44,411 nucleotides of DNA from Octopus bimaculoides (lineage: Eukaryota): NCBI RefSeq assembly GCF_001194135.2, contig NC_068981.1:175274420-175318830 (forward strand). Direction: 5' to 3'. The notes beneath the pieces are model-generated. The model worked only from the letters and a program-made list of their open reading frames with translations. It had not been told where the DNA came from and did not search any database. Position numbers and translations under genes: made by a program. Shown here in pieces: positions 1 through 13,230 of the stretch; position 1 is the first letter of the stretch; each line of letters starts with the position of its first letter.

Positions 1-66
<66 letters not shown>
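1..66. repeat. (TA)n-(TG)n compound microsatellite
   Basis: Directly visible dinucleotide runs. Confidence 0.98.
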
Positions 67-67
<1 letters not shown>

Positions 68-869
68 TTATGAGACAGTCTCAACTCATGGGTCGCCATT
101 TCATCCTTCGTGGATATCCCCTCACCACTATCCACACCACCATTGCCAGAGCACGTTCCGTGGAACGTGCCTCTGCTCTCTCTCCTCGCACTCGACGCCG
201 CTGACCGGTTCGCGGAGCAACTCCGAAACATTTGACTCGGCAATGACACCCTGATCTCGTGCCATTTTCGCTCTATCGGTTATTCGTTACAACACCTGTA
301 TGTGTGCGGATTGTTTTTGCACAGAGGCCATCCGGACTATCGCCTTCGCCATGAACAGGAATTAATCTTCTCTCTTCGCTCCTTTGCACCACATTGGCTC
401 AACTCCCCTCTCTCTTCATCTGATTCCTCTCCTCTACTCTCTTCATCTCACCAACTTCCTGTTTTCACTCCTACCCACTTTCTCCCTTCATTGATACCCC
501 TCTCCCACATACCTCACCCTTACCTCCACATCCTCACCCCCAAATCCTCACCCAACCCACACATACTCATCCCATCCCCACATCCTCGCCCCACCTCACA
601 TCCTCACCCCACCTCGCATCCTCACCCCACCTCACATCCTCACCTCACCTCACATCCTCACCCCACCTCACATCCTCACCCCAAACACACACACGCACAC
701 CCTTACATCCCCACACCACAACACAGCCAAACCACACAGATACGCACGCGCGCCTTCGTTTTGGGATCACCACTACTTTATTATCCCCCTTCTTCCCAGC
801 TCTCCTATCTAACTCCCTCTCTCCAACCAGTCACTTTCTCGAGCATCAAACTAATACACCTGCTTGTTG
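68..869 (+). mobile_element. Internally deleted Penelope-like element: end of RT region fused to GIY-YIG C-terminus, plus 3' UTR/pLTR-like tail
   Basis: Frame 1, 67-200: MRQSQLMGRHFILRGYPLTTIHTTIARARSVERASALSP, matching the PLE post-RT F..RGYP motif. Frame 2, from 200: ADRFAEQLRNI*LGNDTLISCHFRSIGYSLQHLYVCGLFLHRGHPDYRLRHEQELIFSLRSFAPHWLN, matching the PLE GIY-YIG end (RF.EH, HF, EQ..IF.L....P.GLN). There is an in-frame stop, and the tail runs into an N gap. Confidence 0.85.
581..682 (+). repeat. 18-bp minisatellite (CATCCTCACCCCACCTCA) x ~5.7
   Basis: Units start at 581, 599, 617, 635, 653 and 671, with single substitutions. Confidence 0.95.
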
Positions 870-1436
870 NNNNNNNNNNNNNNNNNNNNNNNNNNNNNNN
901 NNNNNNNNNNNNNNNNNNNNNNNNNNNNNNNNNNNNNNNNNNNNNNNNNNNNNNNNNNNNNNNNNNNNNNNNNNNNNNNNNNNNNNNNNNNNNNNNNNNN
1001 NNNNNNNNNNNNNNNNNNNNNNNNNNNNNNNNNNNNNNNNNNNNNNNNNNNNNNNNNNNNNNNNNNNNNNNNNNNNNNNNNNNNNNNNNNNNNNNNNNNN
1101 NNNNNNNNNNNNNNNNNNNNNNNNNNNNNNNNNNNNNNNNNNNNNNNNNNNNNNNNNNNNNNNNNNNNNNNNNNNNNNNNNNNNNNNNNNNNNNNNNNNN
1201 NNNNNNNNNNNNNNNNNNNNNNNNNNNNNNNNNNNNNNNNNNNNNNNNNNNNNNNNNNNNNNNNNNNNNNNNNNNNNNNNNNNNNNNNNNNNNNNNNNNN
1301 NNNNNNNNNNNNNNNNNNNNNNNNNNNNNNNNNNNNNNNNNNNNNNNNNNNNNNNNNNNNNNNNNNNNNNNNNNNNNNNNNNNNNNNNNNNNNNNNNNNN
1401 NNNNNNNNNNNNNNNNNNNNNNNNNNNNNNNNNNNN

Positions 1437-1473
<37 letters not shown>

Positions 1474-3838
1474 AATGTATGTATGTATATATGTTTTCTA
1501 CATGCGCATCTGGACCTATGCACTTGACCGTATTAATGGTTCATAGCGTAAAATTGGAGTATAAATGTGGAGTGAGAAAATGGGTAGCAGAATGAAATAA
1601 ATTCTAGTGTTGATATGGTCAAGTATATATATGAAAACAAAAGGGGGAAAAAAACCCCTGAAATTTGGTACGCCATCAGAGGCAGAAATTCAATTACTGA
1701 AACTATTAAAAGATTACCAGAAAGAAGAATAAATATATATATATATGTAAGCATACATGTGTTTCTGAGCGTGTGTGTGTGTGTGGGGGGGGTGACTGTT
1801 TTGGCATACCTGTGTGTATTCGTGAATGTGTTTGCACTTAAGCAGCCGTGTGTATTTAAATACACTACATTTAAGTGTCTGTGGTTATGTGTATCACTGC
1901 ATGATTCAAGTACCCTGTCAGTGAGCTGAGTATGCGTCAAAATTGAATTACTGGTTTGTTGAAGTAGTTTCCCACATTCAGTCAGTCACAAGAGTCATAA
2001 TAATTGCCATTTTTTTGTTATTAGATAGAAACTTTCGGAATTTTGGAAGTATTTTCTCAGTACAACTAGTTTTTTTTTTTTTTTTTTCCTTTTAAGTTTC
2101 ACTTTGAAAACTTATCCAATCAATGGAGGTGTTTATTTATTTATTGCATACACTGTTATTTGTTCACCAATCAATCTTGCAAAACCCGCATCGGATAACT
2201 GCAACGATTCAACGATGACGACGACGATGATGACCACGTCGTCGAGGAGAACGCCGACGGAGAAGATAAGTGTGTGGAGGAGGAAGAAGAAGAATTTTAC
2301 TATAATATAAACTGAAGTGACAGGCAGATGTAGATCTTGATAATTTCTCTCGCGTTGTTTTCGTTTGTGAACGAGTGTTGCGAATGTTATAAATAGAACA
2401 GGTGTTGAAAGAGTTAATTTAATTTGGTTGATGAGTATTATATCTGTGGAAGTGACATGTAACCTTCTCTTCGATTCCTTTCAGAAATCATTGACAAGGT
2501 GAAGAAAAATTCGCTTTGGTTATAATCATTGAGAACTGTTCGAGCTAAATATAGGAAAAAGAAGCTGGTTCATAAGAGTAAAAGATTCAATTAGTCTCAG
2601 TATTAGATTCCTCTATTTTCGTACAATAATTATCTATGGATGTCTAGTACCCCACGTCTGTAACTCAAGTGCTGTATCTTTTTACTTTATTTTGTCTGCA
2701 GAAACGTTTTTAACATTTAATACGAATATGTAGTATTATCTTCTGACGTTGTATTTTAAACTGAAAAATGAAAATGATTGTTTTACATCTTGAATAATTT
2801 TAATATTCTAAAAGTCAAAACTATTAATTCTTTATTTTGGTGTAAAGCTAAATTGCCTAATACTTTGAGAGCACTCACCATAAAATAACGATCAATACCT
2901 TTGAAGATATTCATTAAAACTTAGATCACGGTTTGTTAAAAACATAGCTTTGGAAGTAAAGGCTCATAGCGAATATAATAAAAAGAAAACAACATTCGGA
3001 TAATAAACGAAATCTGTGTTCTAGTTAGAAATCAATTGTATACATCATTGAAGACCCTACTAAACTATCACCAAATTAGAGATACAGCAATCAAAAGATA
3101 AACGTAACGTGGTATCTGATGAGCCATCAGTCAACCCAGAAAGGACAAAGAGGAGGATAATATGCATTTCTACAAAGAAACAATACGTAAAATCAAATTT
3201 AGAAAGCTGGAAATCTTATAATTCCATTAATCATCCTCCAAAAAGCATTGCCATTCGTTATTTCTCTGCAAGAACTAAATTAATTTCATTCATCTATCTG
3301 ATAGATAGTCGAAGCAATAAAGGTTTGTGAAAATGTTCATTACGAACCAGTTTGCAGTTAAAGATATCATTCAATGTTCTGAAATAGTAAAGTCAAACGT
3401 ACCGAAACAAAGAATTTCTTTTCTTATATTATCATATAACATATTTCATCATTTATCCACAAAGAAGGATAAACATCATTTTGGAAGGCATTCACATCAT
3501 ATATCCAAAGCTCTTTAGATATATAAATGAAGGTAGCATCTTGGTTGACAAATTGGATTCTAATTGTATGGATAGCAGGCCATAAGCAAATCTTAAGGGA
3601 TCAATTAGGGACCACTGCTGTTCTGTCATTGCACCAATTATGACTTTGCTGTTAAGACAGAATAAAGAAAAATTATTTGAAAGCTAGTTAAAAAATATTA
3701 ACAATGTGACTGATGGAGTAACTAGAATATAAGAGTAATTAGATTAATTGTAAAGTTCGAATTAACAAGCACTGGAGTTAAGCTGTAAAGCGAAAGATGA
3801 AACTCCATGTAACTCTCACTCAACGATGCACCTTACAT

Positions 3839-3839
3839 A

Positions 3840-3901
<62 letters not shown>

Positions 3902-3921
3902 ATAGTAGTAGTGTAGTAGTG

Positions 3922-3990
<69 letters not shown>
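3839..3990. repeat. (TAG)n microsatellite with a (TGG)n interruption
   Basis: Directly visible. Confidence 0.98.
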
Positions 3991-4823
3991 TGAAAGGCAT
4001 TGTCAGTTACAGAGTGAAGTTAGCTGGAAATCAGAATCAATTAAAATCCAACTCGTTTGGCGCTAACTCTTGTTATTTTGTATTCTAGAATTAACNNNNN
4101 NNNNNNNNNNNNNNNNNNNNNNNNNNNNNNNNNNNNNNNNNNNNNNNNNNNNNNNNNNNNNNNNNNNNNNNNNNNNNNNNNNNNNNNNNNNNNNNNNNNN
4201 NNNNNNNNNNNNNNNNNNNNNNNNNNNNNNNNNNNNNNNNNNNNNNNNNNNNNNNNNNNNNNNNNNNNNNNNNNNNNNNNNNNNNNNNNNNNNNNNNNNN
4301 NNNNNNNNNNNNNNNNNNNNNNNNNNNNNNNNNNNNNNNNNNNNNNNNNNNNNNNNNNNNNNNNNNNNNNNNNNNNNNNNNNNNNNNNNNNNNNNNNNNN
4401 NNNNNNNNNNNNNNNNNNNNNNNNNNNNNNNNNNNNNNNNNNNNNNNNNNNNNNNNNNNNNNNNNNNNNNNNNNNNNNNNNNNNNNNNNNNNNNNNNNNN
4501 NNNNNNNNNNNNNNNNNNNNNNNNNNNNNNNNNNNNNNNNNNNNNNNNNNNNNNNNNNNNNNNNNNNNNNNNNNNNNNNNNNNNNNNNNNNNNNNNNNNN
4601 NNNNNNNNNNNNNNNNNNNNNNNNNNTAAGGTCCTAAATTTCTTCCAATTTACTTTAATCAGAGAAGAATCCTTTCATTTCAGATTTTAAGAGATTTCAC
4701 TTTCAAAATATTTCTAATCAATCGGAGTATGATAATTATTTATTTATTACTCACTCTGTTAATTATTCACCAATCAATTTTATAAACGCCTTGATTGATG
4801 ACCCTGTACAGAAACGTGATATA

Positions 4824-4833
4824 TTGATGATGT

Positions 4834-4917
<84 letters not shown>

Positions 4918-4918
4918 C
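4824..4918. repeat. (GAT)n microsatellite
   Basis: Directly visible. It explains the poly-M and poly-I ORFs. Confidence 0.97.
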
Positions 4919-5194
4919 CATCAGCATTATCATCATCATCATCTTGAGGAAGATAGAGAAGGAAGAAAAATCCATCGTCGGAGAACTGACGGAAGTGACA
5001 AACACATGTAGACCGTGCATTTGAGTGTAATTTTTACTCTTTGTTCAATTTATAGGGATACTGGCTTATTTTAGTTTGAAACTTTCTTGCATCTTTATGA
5101 GTATCATATTCAAACACTTGTAAACACACCTGTCACACCCTCCATATCCCTTTTGTCGTTCTATTTGTTTCATCAATATTTTAACCTCTCTTAA

Positions 5195-5626
5195 GGCGGC
5201 GAGCTGGCAGAAACGTTAGCACATCGGGCGAAATGCTTAGCGGTATTTCGTCTGTCTTTATGTTCTGAGTTCAAATTCAGCCGAAGTCGACTTTGCATTT
5301 TATCCTTTCGGGGTCGATAAATTAAGTACCAGTTACGCACTGGGGTCGATCTAATCGACTTAATCCCTTTGTCTGTCCTTGTTTGTCCCCTCTATGTTTA
5401 GCCCCTTGTGGGCAATGAGGAAGTAAGAAACGTTAGCACGCCGGGCGAGATGCTTAGCGGTATCTCGTCTGTCTTTGTGTTCTGAGTTCAAATTCTGCCA
5501 AGGTCGACTTTGCCTTTCATCTTTTCGGGGTCAATAAATTAAGTAACAGTTGCGTACTGGGGTCGATCTAATAGACTGGCCCCCTCCCCAAAAATTTCGA
5601 GCCTCGTGCCCAGAGTAGGAAAGAAT
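5195..5626 (+). mobile_element. tRNA-headed SINE family A, dimeric
   Basis: Head GGCGGCGAGCTGGCAGAAACGTTAGC with B-box-like GAGTTCAAATTC. The second unit restarts at ~5427 (GAAACGTTAGCACGCCGGGCG). A possible diverged TSD is AATATTTTAACCTCTC / AATATTTTTATCTCTC. Confidence 0.85.
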
Positions 5627-5629
5627 ATT

Positions 5630-6110
5630 TTTATCTCTCACGCGCGTCCTCTCATCTCCTCACATATGCGCTTTCAGACCATAAGCTTAACGATTACACA
5701 TACACACACACATACAACACCTTGAACCCCTACTAACGTACACCACTATACCAGCAAACTTGGATACATTTGCACATGTGCACACATCCAATAAAACCAT
5801 GCTCAGACCACTCCTCATTTTATTGGCTCCCAGAGAAACGTACACCCACTTACTTGCTCATACACACTTGCTTTGTTAACTTCCCTGCAGTACAGCATTC
5901 CCACATGATTTCTAACCCACTGTCGTTCTCTCTCTCTATCTCTCTCTCCCTCTCATTGCTGTTCTTCTTTCTCACCCTCTCAAGAATTTCCTTTCTCCTG
6001 ACGAAAGACTAATGTCGGAAACGTTGATTTGCTTCCTCTTTCCATTAGAGTATTAAGAAAATACTGTTTGTTAAACCTATTCCACCCATAGTGTCTTTTT
6101 TTATTGCTTC
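5630..6110 (+). mobile_element. PLE pseudo-LTR/3' region with a decayed hammerhead motif
   Basis: C/A-rich tract followed by CTGACGA..GAC-TAAT-GTC..GAAACGTT (5998-6025). The downstream motif resembles the tails at 830-869 and 20040-20090. Confidence 0.55.
5998..6025 (+). ncRNA. Decayed minimal hammerhead ribozyme motif
   Basis: CUGACGA core, 3-bp stem II, GAAA, ACGU palindrome, GUU triplet. Stem I is only 2 bp. Confidence 0.5.
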
Positions 6111-7493
6111 TACTATCTACACTACATGTATCTAAAGTATATATTTAACATTTATATAAGGCACACACTCAAATACACACACAAACATACAAACTACACA
6201 CACACACACACTCACACACACACACGTACACACACACTCACACACACGCACAGACATACACATATGCATAATGCGTGTTTATATAAAGTACAACAAAGAG
6301 AATTCACTCCTTGACCCAACAGATATCATTTTTGGTAAATACCAGTGAATTTCTTATTTCTTTTGAATGGAGTTTGCTTCACAATATCATATTCAGAGGC
6401 AGGTCAATGTATCTTACAGAAGTCTGTGCCAAAAGCAATAGTAAATCTATCAAAATGAAGTCCAATAAGATTGGATGTGATGTTTCCGTCTAAGATTTCG
6501 GTGAAATATCTTCATCTAAGTTTAAAATGATTTATTTATCAGATCGCAATGTTAAACATGGTTTGCTAACAATAATTGAGTTTCTTAATCCGTTATTTCT
6601 TTTATAATTACTCTTTATGATGCTAAATGTACAGAATACAATATACAATGAACTAAACCAAATTTCAATATGGGAAAACGACAAATACACCACCAACCCA
6701 CCGATGCTAGATAGAACAAGTTATGTTCTTATATATATATATTTACTTCAAGTTGTTTATCTCATCCTTTATTCTTTTAGTCAAGAGCGCCAGCATGTAT
6801 GACGCACCATATTTTATCAGGTTTTGCATTAATCTTACTCATTTTATCTCCAGGGAATATTCTGGATATATTTCTATTCAAAGATTTGGAAAGCAGTTAC
6901 TAAGCATCCCGTCTCAGGAATTTTCGTTAATATTACATAACAATACTAGTTTGTTTTATGTGTTGAAAGTAAATTACAGAATAATAAAATAAGTATTAAT
7001 ATTTCTGAGCGAATTTCTGTAAATATTCATCCCTTGAATAAGATACAACGAAAAAGCTTCTGCCCTATTACTCGACGTGATGAAATGGCAGCCAAATGTC
7101 CCTCAACCAACAACTCACATCTCATAAAATGGATGATTCACGGGATAAAAGTCAAGTCATGCTGAAATATCAATAACATCTCATCTCTAATTTCCTAGCA
7201 TCTACAGTGTTAAATAGACGTCACTAAAAGTCAGAGCAAGAGAACAGTCAAGAATTATTGGATTTCACTGGACCTTGTAGAAACACCGATGCTGTTTTTC
7301 TTATCACACTAACTATAGACCATATGCTTTAATGCCAACTTGATTTTAAACAGCCGAAACGCATTCATGCAAGCATCACGCAAACACCATCCAAATGAAT
7401 ACACACACAGGTGTCAATTCGTACGCACACATGTATAGGATAATACAGACACACACACACATGCACACACACACATACGCCAAACATACACAC

Positions 7494-7527
<34 letters not shown>

Positions 7528-8391
7528 NNNNNNNNNNNNNNNNNNNNNNNNNNNNNNNNNNNNNNNNNNNNNNNNNNNNNNNNNNNNNNNNNNNNNNNNN
7601 NNNNNNNNNNNNNNNNNNNNNNNNNNNNNNNNNNNNNNNNNNNNNNNNNNNNNNNNNNNNNNNNNNNNNNNNNNNNNNNNNNNNNNNNNNNNNNNNNNNN
7701 NNNNNNNNNNNNNNNNNNNNNNNNNNNNNNNNNNNNNNNNNNNNNNNNNNNNNNNNNNNNNNNNNNNNNNNNNNNNNNNNNNNNNNNNNNNNNNNNNNNN
7801 NNNNNNNNNNNNNNNNNNNNNNNNNNNNNNNNNNNNNNNNNNNNNNNNNNNNNNNNNNNNNNNNNNNNNNNNNNNNNNNNNNNNNNNNNNNNNNNNNNNN
7901 NNNNNNNNNNNNNNNNNNNNNNNNNNNNNNNNNNNNNNNNNNNNNNNNNNNNNNNNNNNNNNNNNNNNNNNNNNNNNNNNNNNNNNNNNNNNNNNNNNNN
8001 NNNNNNNNNNNNNNNNNNNNNNNNNNNNNNNNNNNNNNNNNNNNNNNNNNNNNNNNNNNNNNNNNNNNNNNNNNNNNNNNNNNNNNNNNNNNNNNNNNNN
8101 NNNNNNNNNNNNNNNNNNNNNNNNNNNNNNNNNNNNNNNNNNNNNNNNNNNNNNNNNNNNNNNNNNNNNNNNNNNNNNNNNNNNNNNNNNNNNNNNNNNN
8201 NNNNNNNNNNNNNNNNNNNNNNNNNNNNNNNNNNNNNNNNNNNNNNNNNNNNNNNNNNNNNNNNNNNNNNNNNNNNNNNNNNNNNNNNNNNNNNNNNNNN
8301 NNNNNNNNNNNNNNNNNNNNNNNNNNNNNNNNNNNNNNNNNNNNNNNNNNNNNNNNNNNNNNNNNNNNNNNNNNNNNNNNNNNNNNNNNNN

Positions 8392-8424
<33 letters not shown>

Positions 8425-11400
8425 CACATATATACATACACATGTGTGTGTGTGTGTATGTACGTCTGCCTCTGTGTGTGTATGCATGCATTACTGAGAG
8501 AGGGGAAGAAGTAAGATGGAGAGAGGATAGAAAAATAGCGAGATAGAAAAGGGAATGAGATTGAGTTGTGAGGAACCGAGTCGGCAGGGTCCGTTTATTA
8601 GAGGAAATAATCAGTAATTCACAATCTTCTATAGGCTCTGTGATGTGTGAGGTGCAAAAATCCTTTGAACTCAATTGCCCATTACACTTAGCTGTAAGCA
8701 GTCAGTTGCTTGCTACTAGGTAAGGTTGTACAACAACCCACTGTGGAGGTATCATGAGAGTGATTTGCCTGTATTGCTGCTGCATTCAGTTTCTCTCAAG
8801 GGTATATTTCCGAGATGGATGGACTTCATAAGACTTATTTGTTTTAGGTGCACAGTTTGATAGTTTCGGTGCGTTTTGGACCACTTATTCGTTGATGTAT
8901 TTCACTCTAGTGTTCACTCCTATATAAATATGTTCCAGTATATGAATATGATACACATCTGAATACATATCAGATATTGTATTAATAGTGGAAACAATGA
9001 AGGAACTAGTTCAACTGTATCGAAATAGTTGCCTGCTGACGACTATTCTCCGGTGTAATCTGGCTACTACGTTACATGGGATTTTTATCTTTTATCTGTA
9101 ACGTTTCTGCTAAGGGCCGAATCACCTCTTCTTAGACAACCTGGTCCTGATCAGCTCTCTCACCAGCTCCATTTTGATGCTGTGCTTAGTGCGGGTACAC
9201 AATCGTCATAGAAGACTGAATGCCAGGACTGTTGTACTCAAACCTTCCAAGCAACCAAAGCTCCTAGTGGCTGGGTTACAGGCGCGTCACAAGAAAGAAG
9301 GATAAAAAGAAAAAGAAGAATGAGTGAAAGAAAAAAGAAAGAAAGAAAGAATGTTAGAGAGAAAGAAATTGTGTATTGTTGTTATTTGATATTTATCTGC
9401 CCTGTGCTGGAGGAGTGAGTCAAACATAATGCATTTTACGAATTTCCCTTGCCAAGAAATCGAGCTGTGTGATACTATTAAATGGTCTGTAACGCTGCTT
9501 CCCTTGCCAATTTCAGGAATGTCCATGACGCTAAGGGAGTTAAAAAGTGAACAGAAGATGGTTATTTATTATCACGTTCTCCGCCTTAAGAAACTTAAGT
9601 ACGTATGTCCCTAACGATATGTATTGACATTTATGGAACGTTTAGACACATACACGTCTCGTATACATTCGTGAATAAGCAATGGTAAACACTCACACAC
9701 ATTCATTGTAACTATTTATATATGTATACATGCATCCGTACGTGTTTTTATGTATGCATAGGTGTGCGTGTATATATATATATATNNNNNNNNNNNNNNN
9801 NNNNNNNNNNNNNNNNNNNNNNNNNNNNNNNNNNNNNNNNNNNNNNNNNNNNNNNNNNNNNNNNNNNNNNNNNNNNNNNNNNNNNNNNNNNNNNNNNNNN
9901 NNNNNNNNNNNNNNNNNNNNNNNNNNNNNNNNNNNNNNNNNNNNNNNNNNNNNNNNNNNNNNNNNNNNNNNNNNNNNNNNNNNNNNNNNNNNNNNNNNNN
10001 NNNNNNNNNNNNNNNNNNNNNNNNNNNNNNNNNNNNNNNNNNNNNNNNNNNNNNNNNNNNNNNNNNNNNNNNNNNNNNNNNNNNNNNNNNNNNNNNNNNN
10101 NNNNNNNNNNNNNNNNNNNNNNNNNNNNNNNNNNNNNNNNNNNNNNNNNNNNNNNNNNNNNNNNNNNNNNNNNNNNNNNNNNNNNNNNNNNNNNNNNNNN
10201 NNNNNNNNNNNNNNNNNNNNNNNNNNNNNNNNNNNNNNNNNNNNNNNNNNNNNNNNNNNNNNNNNNNNNNNNNNNNNNNNNNNNNNNNNNNNNNNNAGGG
10301 AAGAGAGAGAGTGGTAGAGGGAGAAAGAGAGGGAGGAAGTAGAAGAATAGGTGAGCAACGAGAGGAAAAGAGAAAGAGAGGAAATACGAGGGGGAAAAGG
10401 AGATACGTAGTAGTAACAGAGGAAGAACAAGAGGGGTAAGGCGGGATACGTAGTAGTACAGAGGAAGAACGAGGGGGGGGGGAGAAAGGAAAGAGAAAGA
10501 GAAAGAGATAGAGTAGCGTCGGAGGATAAGTTTACGAAAACTACTTACAATTTTTGTGAGACGCTGCGTTCAATCATGTATGCAATTTACATATGTATAC
10601 ATATACATGTAGGATTGTATATATGTATGATTTTCTTTGGGATATATTATCAGGCCTTTGCAGAATTCAAACCAGTTAGTAACAACAGGATCAGGCATTC
10701 TTTGTTTAGAGTAAGGTAATTCTAAGGATTTGTGTGTGTGTATGTCCGTGCGTGTGTATATGTGTGTGTATGTTGTGTATGTTGTGTATGTGTGTGTATG
10801 GGTGTATACTTGTACCTGTATAATAGACGTGCACTTCCCTCTTGTACACGAATCTTAGTTTTTCATTACCCTTTATGTATATGTGAGTATGACAGCTGCA
10901 CGTATGATGGGGCCTATGTTTATTTCACCAAACTCGAAAGGAGTAACTTTGAATATTCAACACATTTGCCCCATCCTATTACTCGATTGGATTTGGAATA
11001 CACGGGTCAGCTTTTTTTTTTTTACTTTTTCGTGTATTTACTATTTCTTGTATGTATGTATGCATGTATGTATGTATGCATGTATGTATGTATGTATTAT
11101 GTATGTATGTATGTATTATGTATGTATGTATGAATGATGTATGTATGTATGTATGTCATTATTCAGTTTTATTTCAAGATTTGTTGCCATTAGAAAAGAG
11201 CTGGTTTCTAACCTAGAGCCAATGATCCTTCATTGGAATTTCAACATCAGTAGGGTATTTTTGTATGCATGTATGTATGTATGTATGTATGTATTTATGT
11301 ATGCATGTATACGTCCACATTCGCCTGTTCTGTGTTATATATGTATTCTCAAGTACATACTTGCATATCTAGATATGTTGATATATATTTAAATGATAAA

Positions 11401-11917
11401 CTTCTGGAAAGTTTCACAGATTTTTACAGTTCCAGTAATGAATTGGATTTGTTAGTCTTCGAATCAACTTTCTCCTTTCTAGTTTTCAGAAACCTAATTT
11501 CTCAAGATTGGTATTTAGGCAGTGCGTTACATATTCCAATGCCCCAATAATTTCAACTATGTATGTATGTATGTATGATTCTCTTCTGCTTTTAATTATT
11601 AAATTTCTTCCTGTGAGGCAAGAGCTGGTTTCTAATACAGATACAAGACCCCATCATTAGAACATAGATGACAAAATAATGCCACATTTTCAACCCGAGA
11701 AAAGTTTTGCATATATTTACTATTCCACTTACAGTTTGTATTTGTAATGTAGGAGTTGTTTCATTTCTTTTTCTGAAAATTCAAGTTTACTCACAAAATC
11801 CAGTGCAACAATTATTTGCAATCTGAGTATAGAAACTGGATAGTTCCAAACAGTTGTCTATAGTTATCTTTTTCTCTTTGATTTTCGAAGAACAACTGGC
11901 CTCTATGACGGTACATA

Positions 11918-12480
11918 AGAGGTGGTACCAGAAGGTCCCTGCTCTACTTATGTTTGATAAAAAAATTACTTATTTACCTAAGTTTTAGCATCATCTGCTT
12001 CAAAATAGTCGTTTTGTGCAGCAATACACCAATCCCAACCTTTCTGCCGCTTTTGGAATGCGGCCTAGAAGTCGTTTTCCGTAATCGAGTCGAGGATCTT
12101 CTGCGATTCGTTCTGGATCTCGATAATGGTGGAAAAACGGTGATCTATGAGCTGCGTTTTCATCTTGGGGAAATGTTGGAAGTCTGCAGGTGCTAGATCT
12201 GGGGAGTAGGGTGAATGCGGAAGCGATACCATGTTGTCTTTGGCGAGAAGCTCACTATTGAGGAGAGTTCTCTGAAGAATTCAATTCTTCACGCTCCACA
12301 GATTCGGTAGCTTTCGCTGAATGTCTTTCCACAGACGTTTCAAAATGTCACAGGAGAACTTTCCATTGATGACCTGGTTCTGGGGATCGAATTCTCGATG
12401 TACAATACCACATTTCCAAGGGTGACGCTCGTGGCGGGTTTTCCAGATCTGTTATCGTCTTTCCATTTTCTTTCTAGTGT
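11918..12480 (-). mobile_element. Decayed, internally deleted mariner (DD34D-type) transposon
   Basis: Minus strand: DDNRSGKPATS joined to GIVHREFDPQNQVINGKFSCDILKRL...LWSVKN*IL, then SPYSPDLAPADFQHFPKMK...NDYFEAD (stop at 11978). A TIR-like TA-AGAGGTGGTACCAGAAGGTCCC lies at ~11916. Confidence 0.9.
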
Positions 12481-13181
12481 CATATCTATTATCACAATAT
12501 TCCATGTGTCCTCTGCGTTATCCTAGGGAACCAGAATAAAATTTGAGGGAGATTTCGTTGCTATCACTAGCATGGTAAATGACGAATTAGATACTTCCTT
12601 ATTTTATGCTGGTATCCACAGCGTGTTCAGACTTGATGAACTCGGTTAGATGACCTAATTTTAGTATTGGTATTGTGATTATGATGTTAGTAATAATGAC
12701 AACTCTTTCGTATGATGTCTTAATTTCATCTTCTCTAGATCGATTGGGTGACATTATACTTTTGGAATGGTGTTGTATCGTGTTTCGAAGAGGGATTATA
12801 GGTGTATCCGCTTCTTTCTCATGTTTTCTATTTCTTTTTCAGAAAGATTGTGCATATAGTGACAGCAACCGTGATATTTACACTATTTTGCAGCAACAAC
12901 CTCGGCTCATATCACATCCAGAAGGGGGGGGAGCCTAATCGCTTTATTGTATTTTATTTACTTCTCTATAACTCTACTAATGTGGTTGAGATTCAGTATT
13001 CTTTGTAGTTTATTCCAGTTTGTTCTTTAGACACCTGGGTCACCAACAAATCTGTTGTTGTTTCTGTCACTTTGAGAGATGCGGATAATCTAATTATATC
13101 CGACTATTACTTTTGCTTAGTTCACAAGCGTGTTGCGTATGTTCATGTCTGAATATTAGTGTGTGTGTGTATGTAGATACG

Positions 13182-13230
<49 letters not shown>

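Noticed and set aside
302-1474. 390-aa ORF with HPHPTS repeats, and the other long X-containing ORFs
   Set aside because: They are open only because of N gaps and microsatellites. Only the first ~35 codons of this one are PLE-derived, and the repeats come from an 18-bp minisatellite.
2200-2340. Acidic peptide DDDDDHVVEENADGEDK, loosely similar to 4920-5010
   Set aside because: Decayed (GAC/GAT/GAA)n repeats with no splice support. The similarity is too short to call paralogy.
3115-3150. CTGATGAGCC...GAAAGG
   Set aside because: No stem II complement before GAAA and no helix III or cleavage triplet.
4787-4820. TTGATGACCCTGTACAGAAACGTG hammerhead-like string
   Set aside because: C3 is missing, stem II is implausible (2-nt loop) and the triplet is GUG, so it could be chance.
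9430-9560. Repeated TTCCCTTGCCAA and acceptor-like sites on both strands
   Set aside because: No consistent exon or peptide, and a 12-bp repeat alone is not informative.
12843-12950. Strong acceptor followed by two open frames
   Set aside because: No convincing donor and no recognisable protein.
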